Of a DNA stretch of 64,000 nucleotides, positions 26,281 to 40,230 are shown piece after piece. Numbering within the stretch: position 1 is the stretch's first letter; every line of letters begins with the position of its first letter. The translations under genes were made by a program, and so were the position numbers. The notes beneath the pieces were generated by a model. The model made no database searches. It saw only the letters and a list, made by a program, of their open reading frames with translations, and was not told where the DNA came from. The stretch lies in NCBI GenBank assembly GCA_951406725.2, contig OX597819.1:20522001-20586000 (forward strand), given 5' to 3'. The DNA is from Octopus vulgaris (taxonomy: Eukaryota).

Positions 26281-26338
<58 letters not shown>

Positions 26339-27405
26339 TCGTTTACGGCAAATGTTTTCAATATACAAATAAGTGTTCCTATTGTGTTATGCTAGCTACA
26401 GCCTGATAATGCCAACAGGCAGTACCAGTTTTTTTGAGTCGCATCGAGCTCTCCCAATATAAGATATTGTTATATATGCGAACGTCCAAACACACATGTA
26501 TATGAAGACACTAACACGCACATATGTATGCTTGTATGTGTGTGTGTGTGTGTGTCTGAGTTTGTGTGTGCGTGTGTGTATGTGTGTGTGTTTGTGTGTG
26601 TTACGACTGTCTATAACAATATTTCTACCACACTATTACTTACCGTTCAATATCTCTTGGGCAGGAGACAAGCAGGAAATAGCTTTCGTACTCAATTTAA
26701 CCAAGAAAAACAATATTCTGTAGACGTATTTTGAAACCTGTGGCAGAGATGAAGTGTAATTAATTGAATTAATTTATTGAATCCGTCATTCTTAATTTAG
26801 TGATAATGAATATATGACGACTAAAAGTCCAGTACTTGAAACGCTACTATGAATATGTTCTTGATAAATTAAATGAGAAATATATAAGTCAATTAGGTAA
26901 ATACTGCGTTACTATGTTTAAAATATGTAATTAGATGAAATACCGGATTATTCTATTGGACTTCTTTGATAAGTTATATAATGCATCTTAGTGATTTACA
27001 TGAATACACCTTCATTATTTGAAAATTCTAGAAAGAATTACATTTACAGGTTCACTTTTTTATTAACACTCACATTTTAGAGCTCCATGACCTTCATGTT
27101 TAGGAGCAAAATCTTTTTAACTGGTTCAATAACACTGGAATTTTGGAATATGCGCATAAATATCAGTAGTAAGGGATGTATGTGGTACGATTACAATTTT
27201 TTTTAGGGTGTGTAAAGAGGGATATAAACCTCATCTGCAATTTTGATGAAATCCGAAACAGATATTCTAGTTCATTATAGAAAATATAACAGAAAAGTCT
27301 AATTCTTCATTTGAATGTAACCAGGCAACGCCGGGTATCTCTGCTAGTTTTCTATAATGGCCTTTCAGTTTTATTTGGCTTCTATTTCGTTATCATTATA
27401 TTACG

Positions 27406-27790
27406 TGGAGGCGCAACGGCCCAGTGGTTAGGGCAGCAGACTCGCTGTCGTAGGATCGCGGTTTCGATTCCCAAACCGGGCGTTGTGAGTGTTTACTGAG
27501 CGAAAACACTTAAAAGCTCCACGAGGCTCCAGCAGGGGATGGTGGTGATCCCTGCTGTACTCTTTCACCACAACTTTCTCTCCCTCTTACTTCCTGTTTC
27601 TGTTGTACCTGTATTTCAAGGGGCCGGCCTTGTCACTCTCTGTGTCACGCTGAATATCCCCGAGAACTACGTTAAGGGTGCACCTGTCTGTGGAGTGCTC
27701 AGCCACTTACACGTTAATTTCACGAGCAGGCTGTTCCGTTGATTCGGATAATCCGGAACCCTCATCGTCGTAACCGACGGAGTGCTTCCA
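27406..27790 (+). mobile_element. tRNA-derived SINE (head A + tail Y) with TSD
   Basis: A/B boxes and flanking CATTATATTAC direct repeats. Near-identical to 35305-35670. Confidence 0.9.
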
Positions 27791-27932
27791 TAACCATTAT
27801 ATTACAGTTGACAGTGTTTACTGCCTTAGCAATATTTCTAAAGGATTAGAATTTATGTGAATTTTACTTAGATGAATCACGTAGATTTTACACACGCACA
27901 AACTTCTATATATGTGTGTGCTGTGTGTGTGA

Positions 27933-27976
<44 letters not shown>

Positions 27977-27979
<3 letters not shown>

Positions 27980-28243
27980 GTAAAAATTAAAAACTAAGAG
28001 TCACAAGGAAGAGTAAGTACGGTTAGGCAGCTTTTTAATCGCTACAAATATTTCATTACATACAGATCCTCGTATATACAGGATTTAAAGTTAAGTTCAA
28101 ATTAAATTATGTAACAATTTACCTGTATAAGAAGATCTATAATTAGCTCCTCAGGCGATAGTAAGTTGATGTCTACGTAAGAAAATCTAGATATCTAAGG
28201 GTGAACAAGTCCTATTTGCACTCTTAACAGAACACACCTCAAC
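27977..28243 (-). mobile_element. ORF-less ~270-bp insert in (AT)n carrying an HHR (probable solo pLTR)
   Basis: Unique sequence flanked on both sides by (AT)n, with an HHR at 28038-28159. Confidence 0.65.
28038..28159 (-). ncRNA. Type I hammerhead motif with extended stem II
   Basis: AUCGC-CUGAGGA-[AUUAUAGAUCUUC..UAUACAGG...CCUGUAUA..GAGGAUCUGUAUGUAAU]-GAAA-UAUUUG-UA-GCGAU, with a perfect 5-bp stem I. Confidence 0.72.
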
Positions 28244-28244
28244 T

Positions 28245-28392
<148 letters not shown>

Positions 28393-30138
28393 ATATATCA
28401 TAAGAGCACATAAAGCGACTACCTTCTAGAATATGGAGTTAAACTCTCAACGTTACCACCAATGACACTGAAATATTCAACAGAACCAACAGTAGTCGGG
28501 GAACTAGAAACAATTTTGCATATCATCACAGCTTAATGCTACATAGTTTGGTATTGTGGACCTACTTGTATCATGATTTCGTGTTGGCGCAAAACCTTAA
28601 CTCACTTCAGCATATCTAACCAAGTGAAAAATACAACTCTTCACTTTGGAATCTGCTGGCGTTCTGAATTTACTTTATATCATATATATATATATATATA
28701 TATGTATGTATATGTGTGTGTGCGTGTGTGTGTGTGTATTCGTGTGTGTATACACACACGAGTAAGTGAACGAACGAAGGTAACATGCAATATATTAGGT
28801 TGGAGTTGCATGTATTTCACAAAAGTTGAACTCAGATCCGCGTTCGATTTGATTATGTTAGTCGAGTAAGAATACGTTCAACGGACCTAATGTTTGTTAC
28901 GTGAGAGTTCTGGGCAAATCTCGAGATAATGTTTAAGTAGTTAGGCCATTATTACGTGGTATTAATACTATCAAAGAGTCAACGCCTATTTTCTTCATTT
29001 CTAGTCACCATTTTTGGACTGTATGTTGGCAAGATGCTAGCATGTCTTTGGCTGCAGGCTGCGATCTTATTTATTTGGCGACATTTGTTACTTGCATTAT
29101 TTGCCGTACATCACAGCTTTGCAAGCTAGTAGCTCAATCATCGATCGATGGAGTACGAATCTGTTAGCGGCTTTACGTTGTCTATAAGAGTAATGTAGTT
29201 TTATAGTGTTGGGTTACAGATGAAATTCCATGACCATAAAAGGTTCCAGAGGGTTAACGGGAAAGAAATACTTTTCAATCGTGATGGGATTTGCTCAGCC
29301 CAGGATTATATATCCAGTTAATCACAAGCTAAAAGTTTCAAGTTAATAAACGAGCGTGCCCCAGGCGCCAAGAATAAAATAATTCATTCTCCTTTCTGAT
29401 GGAACCTATGGGATAATCGACAAATATTAATCAGTCCAAAAGGCAGATTAGGCAATTGAGAGGACCAGCTGAGTTTTGAAAAACACTCTCAAGAATATTG
29501 TATTTCATGTTGGAGATATCATTACAAAGAGCACAGTGTCATCAGGTGAATAGGAGGTGGAGAAGTGGTGATGGAGATTGTGTATATTTGTATCTGAAGA
29601 ATGTGCGAGATGAGCATTAATTCCTTCACATTTATTGGCTGACTCGGCTAGTGATCAATCGAAGCATTCCAGGTGTAAAATCCAAAAGAGTGAACATGTA
29701 TCAGTAAATAATATATATGGTAGTCTGCCGCAAATGTGACACCTGTTTCCTGCAAACGTCCAATCAGAATTGGTAAAATGAAGTAAGTTTTGGGTAGCAT
29801 ATTCATAGCCCAAACCCAAAACTACCCGAGATGACCAACGAAGGCATAAAAAAATTGAAACCATCGTGAATTTCTGTCAAACATCGCATACAGTCTCCTT
29901 AAATCTAATGGGAAAGTCGGGTGGTAGACCACAAGAAAATTTGAAATCATATTGAACTGTTATTAAATAAACACACGCATATACACGTGTAAGCATGCAC
30001 ACATATATGGCCTCTATCTTTGTATCTGACTGTTTGTCTGTCTGTCTATTTATCTATCTATCTATCTATCTAGTTATCTATTTATTTCTATCTCCTTCTC
30101 TGTCTGTCTGTCTGTCTCTCTCTGTGCACACATATACA

Positions 30139-30269
<131 letters not shown>

Positions 30270-30501
30270 TACATATAGCATATGTCAGCATATATATGTG
30301 CATGTATATATGTGGATATTATACATCGATACAGAAATGTTTATAAGTGTATGCTTCTATATGTACGCACATGTGCATATATTATGAAACACACGTGCTG
30401 ACATATGCGAGGGAATATACTGTAAAGCGTGGGAAGTGACGTGCAATTCAGGAAATAATGAGGTGAAAATTCTTTACAGGTGACGATAACAGAAGCATCG
30501 C

Positions 30502-30547
30502 CACTCATCTTGGAAGACAAAAATCACTCATCTTGGAAGACAAAAAT
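30502..30547. repeat. 23-bp tandem duplication
   Basis: CACTCATCTTGGAAGACAAAAAT x2. Confidence 0.9.
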
Positions 30548-31489
30548 CTAAAGAAAACAGTATAACGAAATCATTAAGGAATACTCTAGACAAATCATGT
30601 GTCATTGTAGAGCGTACACCACCGGCGGGTTTAATATCTCCTGCAAGCGGACATTTAGCCGTAATCCTAAGTATGTTAAGGGATTGAATAGATATATTCA
30701 TCTCTCATCACCTTTAGCTTGTGTGTGCGCGCGCGCGTGTGTGTGCGTGTGTGTGTGCATGTGTGTGTGTGGAAAAGAATTTAAAAGTGCACTTGGATTC
30801 GTTTGGATATTTTGATTTATTTAACGACCTAAACCATATCTCTGATTTTCAAAAGTTGTGATAGAAAGAGGTGGAGTTATACTGCTCTTGCTTCTCAATG
30901 GGGTTTTAAAATTATCCTTTTGTTATAGAGAAAACATAACTCGAATTAATATGTTTTAGATGCAATTTGATTGTCTGAAGATGATCAAGTGATTAAGTTT
31001 TTAAAATGTTGTAAGTTTCCCACTATGCCCGTCCTTTAATGTCATATTACATTATGTTTAGTATCGTAAGTTACAGCCCTCAAGGTTGAGTAAACCTGTT
31101 CAGTGACAGTGACAAACAATCAAGGCTCACTGAATTTAGTCTGTTATCATATGGCAATAGTTTCTGCGCCGAAAATTAAGTCTGACATGGTTGTTTACAC
31201 ATGTCTAGTGACAATGCTAAACAATCGAAGCTCCCTTGATTTAATCTTTTAGGTCGTGCATTGCACAGGTGTTGTTCCTATGTAGATCAAGTGATTAATG
31301 GCCACGATTTGTATCGATGTACGCAGGTTTAAATTTTGTCCTCTACTGAATTTGTGCGTTAGTAATATAGAAGAGTTCATGATTGTCTCCAAATTCAGGG
31401 GGCTTGGCTGTATAAATTCAACATCACAAATGGCAGAATTAGTTTTGGTGTGACTAATTGTTGGACGAGATTGTTTCATATAGATTATT

Positions 31490-31900
31490 TACTTTGGGCG
31501 AGTATCATTGCATGAATATACTTTCTTTTCTTCATCCGTTCTCAGTTTGTGGTATTGACTGAACAAAGATAAAGTGGGAAGGCAAAAAAATTAAGAGACA
31601 TAATTTGGCATATAAGTTTGTGTCCACGCACTAGGATCAGTCTAGTACAGGGGTTTCGTACTTGTTGACGATGAGTAGTTAGTCTATTTCTGAGATTGAG
31701 TCTTATTTGAATTATTTTACCCCCGTTATATCCTTTACATTTAATAGATTTTATTATTTTTTTTAAGAACAGGTACAATGAACTTTTATGATGAAATTCT
31801 GATCCGATTTAAATTTATGTTTTTGATTTTTAATGAGGTAAAGGCAAGTCCAACAATTTGGATGGCCACAATTTTTGACTATTGCTGTTAGTTTTGGTGA
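31490..31900 (-). pseudogene. Decayed PLE GIY-YIG fragment
   Basis: IKCKG..LRNRLTTHRQQVR..FFAFPLY aligns to IKCSG..LRRRCTLHRQQI..FLIFPFY of 5280-5470. Confidence 0.6.
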
Positions 31901-31939
31901 GTATTTATTTTTGTGCTCTTCATTATTTATTATTTATAT

Positions 31940-32374
31940 TATTATCATTCTAACTCTCCCTAAAAGAGACTGCAGCAGCGGTACTGGATATTAACAGTTA
32001 TCGCCAAGTTATATTTCTATATTTGAAAACCTGTGAATGTATTCCACTGAAATTAGGTAAATAATCCTTTGAACAGACGGTCAACAGCGACGCCTGCTGG
32101 GTCTGGCTACATTGCATTGATAAAGGGCAAATACCCTGAAACATGTCAGCAGATGTCTGACCGGCAAGGGGAAACGGCTGACCTCCCCTGTTCGAAGGGT
32201 ATAATGGACACAAGTTCGTGTGTCATTTAGTCAGCTAGAGGCGATCGCCTCTTGGAGGTAATCACAGGCAGCTTTCGTCCTATATTTGTGGACTGCCATA
32301 CTAGCTTGGCGATAACTAGTAATATCCAGTACCGCTACCGTAGTCTCCTTTAGAGAGACTTAGAAATAATAATA
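31940..32374 (+). mobile_element. ORF-less element with ~70-bp inverted termini and internal HHR (family D)
   Basis: TTCTAACTCTCCCTAAAAGAGACTGCAGCAGCGGTACTGGATATTAACAGTTATCGCCAAG is the near reverse complement of 32303-32365. Confidence 0.75.
32109..32156 (+). ncRNA. Minimal hammerhead motif (U3/A8 core)
   Basis: ACAUUGCA-UUGAUAA-AGGG caaaua CCCU-GAAA-CAUG-UC-AGCAGAUGU, with palindromic ACAUGU and a GUC site. Stem I is imperfect. Confidence 0.68.
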
Positions 32375-33959
32375 TCTATATTTATATTAAGGAACACTAA
32401 TAACAAATAAAAAAACAAAAATAAACAAGCCTTCGACGGTTTTATAGATATTTCCAAATTATGATGCTAAGATGGTAGCTGTTTCTATTATTTTGTCCAG
32501 CCCCTGTGTATGCATATATATATATATATATATACATATACGATTTAAAAGTTGAATTGTTTGTTTCACTGAGAAATTCATAGTATCCTCAAGACCAATG
32601 CATAGAATGTCATGTCATATTCTCAACATTAGTTCTTAATTCATGACATTCAATAGCATATCTCATCTTGCCTGAATCACTGACATGATTCGTTGTACCT
32701 TAATATTTCACACATAAAAGTGTTGTTTAGTTGCCAAGTGCATTACAAAATTTGAATTATTTTCCCCAAAATATCTGCTGTAACTGAAATTAATAATGTA
32801 AACCCACTGGTTTTTAGTATTAATATGCTGTTTTTGAAGAACTGCGTGAAGTCTATAACTTCAGAAAATTCTCTATGAAAGAAAACTCGTAGCAACAGTT
32901 GCTTTCTGATATAATGATTACAGCCACTCAATATTAATAATTTTAAATTAAAATGTCAAAATCTGAGATTTATGAAGATAATGATTGAATTTTCTTGTTA
33001 GAAATATATCTAAATTTAAAATTTAATGAGCTTTTATAAAAATACTTAATGAAATTTCGGAAACCTAGTTTTGTAATATGAAACTCATCTAAATTTAGCT
33101 AATTTACTGGAACCTTTATTGATACATGAGAGCACGTTATTGCATAAACCCTAATACATATTATTATTTGGCCATCTTGATTTACTGATTATTTTATGGA
33201 AATATCTATTTATTTGAAAAATCTAACTCAATTCTCAATTTAAAGATATATTTTCAGAGATAACCTCGAATGTTATTTCAATTATTTTAGTTTCCCATGA
33301 TAATAATTTGAACGGATGTTCTCCTAATGTAAGCATCACGTTTATGGTGCGTTGGTTTATTTGCTAAACGGGACTCGTTTTGTGTCACGGAACAGAGTAC
33401 TTTATTTTAGGCTGTTCCACTAAACTAAACCAAAATGTCCCATTGACTGCTTGGTAATAATCCAGCTACAAGCAGAAACTTCGCTCATTCAGACCTATCC
33501 TCATAGAAACACCGATAAATCCGGAGTTTATGATGTAAATTAAATAATGTAGCGCCACAGTGTTTGAGGGTGCTAGATTGACCATTGTGATTTGGTGTCG
33601 AAGTCAGAAACATGTAGCTTAAATCTCTTATCTTTAACTTGTTTACTTACTGGACGGTGTATCAGATGAGGCACAGCCATGAAGTGTTTTATTATATATT
33701 AAATGCGAGGTCGTGGACAATATAACATCGTTAACCAACCTGTAGTGTGAATAAACAAAGAAACAAACTACACACACATATTACAAAGTGGAGCCTTGTT
33801 AGCGCACAGCGTCATCCTAACAATTCGTTCACAATTCGTTGAGATACATACATTTATGTGAGTGTATGTATACGAGCGAAATGCTATAATCTTACTGGCC
33901 TTTATTTAAGAATAAAATGTGATAGTATATATTGGTTCCAAGTTTGTGCAGGAGACCAG

Positions 33960-34360
33960 CACATAGGAGCGGGGAAGCTGTTTACATCGACCTCAGAGTT
34001 CAACTGGTACTTATTTTGTCCACTCCGAAGGAATGAGAAACAAAGCTGACCCCAGCGGAATTTGAACTGCGAACGTAAGGTTTAACATAATGTATATAGG
34101 TGTGTTTTGTAGCTGACTTAGTTATTTTAAATATTACTTTCAATTTTTTGACTCCAAGCCAGACATTTCGGGACGTAGCGAAGTCAATTGTACTGACAGT
34201 ATTGAGAACAGCTGCTGCTTATTTTATCGAACCCGAAAGGACGAAATGCAATGAGAACGACTCCGATGGCATTTTAACTGAAAAGGGAATGTCGGAGGAA
34301 AGGTGGCCGGCCAAGCATCTTTTTCCAGTGTGATAACGATTCTGCCAGCTCGCCTCCGTA
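33960..34360 (-). mobile_element. Two decayed Nin-domain-like SINE copies
   Basis: CTGGTACTTATTTT..CCGAAGGAATGA..GCGGAATTTGAACT and TTTTATCGAACCCGAAAGGACGAAA..TCTGCCAGCTCGCCTCC. Confidence 0.6.
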
Positions 34361-35127
34361 GTGATTGTAAATGTTAAAAGCATCATCAGTATTAATGTTC
34401 TACCAATATAATTTTGTATTACATGTTCTTAAATTGAACATAATTTTCTCCAAAATTATGTGTTATATGTGCTTTGATATTTCTCTTTCAAAGGCAAAGT
34501 TCCTGAATAGGATTGAGAATCATGGCAAGTCTCTGGGAAATAATCTCATCGATATCGTCGTAAATTAAAGTGTTTCCCCTCTTGAGACATACTCTTGTCA
34601 TTCAATGACGAATGAGGCAATTTGGAAGTGTTATTGAGAGCAAGAATTAATTCAACAAATGCCAAAACTGATTCCGTAAGTTTATCTATTTCACATTTAG
34701 GTGTTGTTCACTGTCAGAGATCACGAAGTGAGACAATATCTTTGCCTTCATTAATTTCCCCAACATAAAATAGTTTTTACTACATTCTAACAGTTCAAAT
34801 CTCTCCAATACAAGATCCCTTTACAGAAAATGTGAATACGTTTTCTTTCTTTGTTCGGCAAGTGCCCGGGTACTTTAAACAAATAACTTAAAGAAACACC
34901 ACCCAAATCTAGAATGTTCATTCCAAAGAGACCCCCACTCCCGAAATACTTTATTGATACTTTCACATTGCCTATTATATCTAAGATTGAAAGGTTTCCT
35001 TTGAGCATCTTGCTACTTTCGAGAACTTAACTGTCATTATCAACGTGGGTTGTAGGAGCAGTCATTAATGGTTAACTTAAATATTTAGCATATCGACGCG
35101 ACATCTTGCGAGCTGATAACATCAAAC

Positions 35128-35229
35128 AAATTAACAGATTGTTAACGGCACTATTTACCTAAAATAACAGGTTGTTAACGGCATTATTTACCTAAATTAA
35201 ACAGATTGTTAACGGTACCATTTACCTAA
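35128..35229. repeat. ~33-bp minisatellite x3
   Basis: AACAGATTGTTAACGGCACTATTTACCTAA-like units. Confidence 0.85.
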
Positions 35230-35304
35230 GTCTAAATATTGGAAGTGATATTCCATAAACTCTATTGCGTAGAACTCTAGGGAATCATATTCTTTACATA
35301 TCGA

Positions 35305-35670
35305 TGGAAGCACTCCGTCGGTTACGACGACGAGGGTTCTGGTTGATCCGTATCAACGGAACAGCCTGCTCCGGAAATTAACGTGTAAGTGGCTGAGCAC
35401 TCCACAGACACGTGTACCCTTAACGTAGTTCTCGGGGATATTCAGCGTGACACAGAGAGTGACAAGGCCGGCCCTTTGAAATACAGGTACAACAGAAACA
35501 GGAACAGGAAGTAAGAGTGAGAGAAAGTTGTGGTGAAAGAGTACAGCAGGGATCACCACCATTCCCTGCCGGAGCCTCGTGGAGCTTTTAGGTGTTTTCG
35601 TTCAATAAACACTCACAACGCCCGGTCTGGGAATCGAAACTGCCCTGACCACTGGGCCATTGCGCCTCCA
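35305..35670 (-). mobile_element. tRNA-derived SINE (head A + tail Y) with TSD
   Basis: Reverse complement of 27406-27790, flanked by TCTTTACATA direct repeats. Confidence 0.9.
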
Positions 35671-36920
35671 CTCTTTACATAAACACAAGATAAGCTACTT
35701 TATCTTAATGCAACGATGCTTTCACACATGGATGTTATAATCTATTGAATATATGCTTGTTTGCGCTAAACAGCACATTTTATAGGATACATCAGTGCAA
35801 GTACTTTCTATAGTCATTTCCATAAATAATGCGAAGGGTAAATCATGTTTGGTGCTCTTTGGTTAAATCTTGCCATTTATAGATCGATTAACGAACGCAA
35901 ACTTAACGACTTGAAGAGGATCAATATCCCGAAAAAGTAATCTACCTACTTTATCAATAATTGCCACAGCGATTTTCTAAATCGATACGTATGTTGGTTT
36001 AATTTTACAAAGTGACGTTTGAGAAGGCATCCTGCTATCGTTGCAATTATATGGTGCCAAGAAAACTGAATGTAGCATCAGCCTTGACAATAGATGTGCG
36101 AGGTTGCAGAAAGTCAGGTCAGGTAGATTTTGCGCCTATATCCGTTATTGCGAAATAGATTTTTTAGAAAAGTTAGCATCTTCACGTTACGTTAAATATC
36201 TTATTGTGTCATACAAAAAATTAATATATTGGCCTTAATAAACTAGAAACTCGATGATATATAACCACCCTCAGTAGAAATTTAACATTTAAAATAGAGT
36301 AAGATTATAACTGAAAATAATTTAAGTGAGAAAATTCATTCATATTTTATTGTTAATTTATGTTTTACCACTCTTAGTAACATAGAAATATTTTACATAT
36401 AAGAAATATCATTCTGACATAATCCTCAAATATTAAGAGTGTTATTATATATATAACACTATCTAGATATATTTAGGCTTAAAGAGCTTCTGTTAGATAT
36501 ACCTGTTCATCAATGTCTGAAGTTATGCATTTACAAACAATTGATGATTGATTGAAAAAGAACTGCAATTAACACCCAAGAATTTCAATAATAGCATAAA
36601 TAAAACTATGAATTAAAGAAATGAATTTAACTGTGACAAAATTTAGGCAATTTAAATAGGTGGTGATCTCCTGAATGAATGCTTGGCTCTTAGAAAAATT
36701 CAACGGTGTTCTAGTGATAATACTTATTGATAATGAACGTGTTGCATATTGAAATTGTACCAATACGAATAATTGCATATAACATCAAAAAAACCCACAA
36801 TTTGTAGAAATGTATGTAAATGTTAACAGATCTTGAAACACATTTGCTAAGGTAATTTTTGTGTTTCTTATTACTGGTTATTACAACATGAACTTCGGGA
36901 ATTACTCTGATCTTAAAGGC

Positions 36921-36984
<64 letters not shown>

Positions 36985-39069
36985 GTAGTTTATCTCTCGT
37001 CTAATGAATTTTCAGCCGACCACACAATACTGTCGAGTTGGTGTAATAGCAGCATTAACGTTTGAAGTTCGCTTGATGTTTGGTACAGAGCGAATATTCA
37101 AGGAAGTAAAATTTGTCAGCACTTCAGTGGCTTCACTCAGTGCCATTAAATCGAAATGCAACTGAAGAATGGTGAAACATGAATCTCTGGTCAACTATCA
37201 CATCTTAGCTCTGAATATGCATAAACATCAGTTAGTGCTGTATAATGATTAAACCATTCCTCGTTGCATTATCAGATCGAATAAAATTAATATTGTTTTT
37301 AATGACAAAGCTTTCAGTGGGCAATCATTAATAGCATTCGTAATTAGTGCACGAGACAAACGTTGTGCCAATGAAGTCGAAGCAATTAACACAATGGAAG
37401 CGCTTTAATACATGCTTGGCATGCCCGAAACAAAAAATGCACTTTCTTGTCACATATCCAAAATATGGCCCCTTTTGCTGAAAAAAATGTCACTGACTTG
37501 TCGATCATACAAATGCACGGAAGGGGGAGATAGTATGAGAGAATAACGGAGAGGGTGTAGGAGAATGAGGGAGGCAGAGAGTGATAGAGAGAGATAGAGA
37601 GAAGAAGGAGGAGAGATTTCGGAGAAATATTTGCTGAAGTGGTTTTCATTTGATGTCATTGTGTGGAACAGTCAAAGTACCTACCGATATGCAATTGTCT
37701 TAAGTGTTACTATTATTTTGTAGTGGGTTTAATGTTCTGCTTTTTCATACACTATTTTGAAGTCCATTGTTTTACTTTTGAATTACTCAATCGTTATAGC
37801 TGTCGTGATTACTGAACTAAAAAACATCCATTATTGGATTTTTTTAATATACTATATCGATGGAAATCTTTTGAAATTACGCGTTTTTTTTTAACTTGCC
37901 GATTTAATGCTTTCAGTAGTTACTCAAGCGGGAACATTGCAAGTCATAAGTCGTTATTTAACGAAAATCCCTATTGATTAGTTTAATATAAATATCTCAT
38001 AAACAATTCATAGTATCTTAACTGTAAAATTTTGCCATAATTCCAACACTTCGTAAGATATCGAATTTGCGGATGTGTTCAATCTGTTACAGGCAGGAAT
38101 GATGTTACCAAATTGTTCAAATGTATGTAAGCAGGGCCAGAATTATTTAGCTGAAGACGCTGTTTCAGATGAAAAATATATGTTCAATCAACGAGGACGC
38201 AAAGATCGTCCATGTTGAAAAACAGAATATACTATTGCCTGAAAAACGTATTTGGATTTTTTTTAAAATTATGAATTAATTATTGTAAGAAAATTGCTGT
38301 AAGAAACATATTGGCAAATGTTTATCAGAGAATAAAACTGCAGAGCCATATCGAGCTTTATCAAGAATTCTGCTTATGTTTTATCTCATGCTGCAAATGT
38401 GGCCGCCTGAAATTGGAAAATGAGAAAGCAAACCACAAATGTTCTGTGTCTATTTACTTCATAGGAAAGTTATAAGAATTGGTTCAATGGAGTGAATTTA
38501 GTTTTTGAGTAAGATAATGATACCGAGTGGTCAGTAGTTAATTTGTTGTGCTTATAAAGTCAGTTATTTAAGATAGGATAAAATTGTTTCCTGGCAAGGA
38601 CACTGTGTTTCGATATACAATCAGTGAAATAATGCTAAGTATGTTACGGTTGTAGAAAAGGTGTATTAGGCAATTGACCAACAAACTTACGGATGGTGAT
38701 TCGGCGCTTTCCTCTCAGCTGTAACCACATATGCGATGTTTTTCTCAATTTTGTTGGTTTCGGGTCTTCGAAAACGTTCGTGAATATCGATATTTTTCAG
38801 CCATCTTTTTAACGTCTGAAATATGTAAATATACATATCCCTACACTAATACATCTAATTATATTTTGGACAAACACTTCTCATTTATACATCTCCATTG
38901 ACTTTTCTCATTGCTGATGCCGTTCCCTATATAGGCACAAATGTCATGTCTTTCCAAAAAAAAAATTGCACTTCATATTCAAAATATTATACAGGTACTC
39001 AACTACGAGTTCACTGCATCTTACTGCAGAAACAGCTATGAGTTAATACAGCTGATAAGATAGTCATAT

Positions 39070-40230
39070 ACAGTCATGGCCAGTTGTTTTGGCAAGTACC
39101 ATTGTTTTTGCTATTTCGTGTGAAATATCATGTGAATGTTAATGATTTAATATTATTTTAACAGGTTATCTATTAAGATTTGAAAGAAAAACTGTTGAAA
39201 ACCAATAGACATTGCAAATAACTATCAGTTTGTGGAATTGGTAAAATCACATTCCTCTTCGAGATTTCAAGTTGGAATTGCATGCAAAATACTAATTGAT
39301 AACCAGAACAGTAAGTAAAGTTATGCATGGTGCCATGATACAGTTATGATTGATTTTTAATTAATGAATGCTCGTTTTCCTCGCAAAAGCTTCACATTTT
39401 ATTTTATTTTATTTCAGGGATAGTGTTGACACAAGCAAAGCGTCAGTCAATAATTTCTTTCTACCAAAACGGCCTAACAATATAGGATATTGTTGCTAAA
39501 GGCATTGCACCTAATAGTAATATGTATAGGATCAGAAAAACTTTCAAAGACACAGTATCCATAAGGGTGAAAAAGGTCACTGGTCGTCAACGTCTGTCCT
39601 CTGACAACCAAGACAGCGCTTTAGTGAGAAATCCATTGAGGAATCGAAGTGCCGGGAGCATATAACTTGCATATAACAGTGTCGGGGTTTCGACTCGGTC
39701 TGTTCGATGACGACTTTTTGGTAATGGTCTCGCTTCACGGAGTGCTAAAAAGAAACATTATTATCCAAGAAAACGTGCCTTTTGCAGAAAACATAAACTT
39801 GATCTAGTGAACAATGGGGCAAAGTGATATTTTTCTGATGAAGCATCATTTCAGTTATTTGTGACATCTGGAAAAGGCTCGCCCGAAGGCGATAATGCGA
39901 ACGCTATGATGAGTCGTTCATCGTGCTCACGGTCACGTATCCAGAAACTATTCATGTGTGGGATTGCTTTTCATCCAAGTACGTAGAACCACTGTCAGTT
40001 GTGCCGATAAACGCCTCTATGAATGCCACATGGGACCAAAATATCCTTGGAAACATCTCCTTCCAACCACTGAGAGATAGTTCAGCGAATAAACTCGCAT
40101 TTTGCAAGAAGATCGGGCACCTTGCCGCAAGGCTAAAAAGATTAAAGTGTACTTTAGGATAAAGGTATTAAAATTTCGGAGCCTTGGCCGGGAATGATAA
40201 TTACTATATCTCATACAACTAGAAATCTAC
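39070..40230 (+). pseudogene. Tc1-family DNA transposon remnant (transposase pseudogene)
   Basis: TA|CAGTCATGGCCA left end; HTH region ..TGRQRLSSDNQD..; WGKVIFSDEASF, IHVWDCFS, LQEDRAPC and WPGN motifs with frameshifts. Confidence 0.85.

Noticed and set aside
35128-35229. ~33-bp repeats as a possible CRISPR array
   Set aside because: Head-to-tail units with no spacers, in a eukaryotic context.
37386-37775. Possible piggyBac-like MITE (TTAACACAATGGA...TCCATTGTTTTA)
   Set aside because: Terminal match is too short and the right TTAA is imperfect.
38040-38900. Possible hAT remnant
   Set aside because: No convincing TIRs or dimerisation-domain motif.
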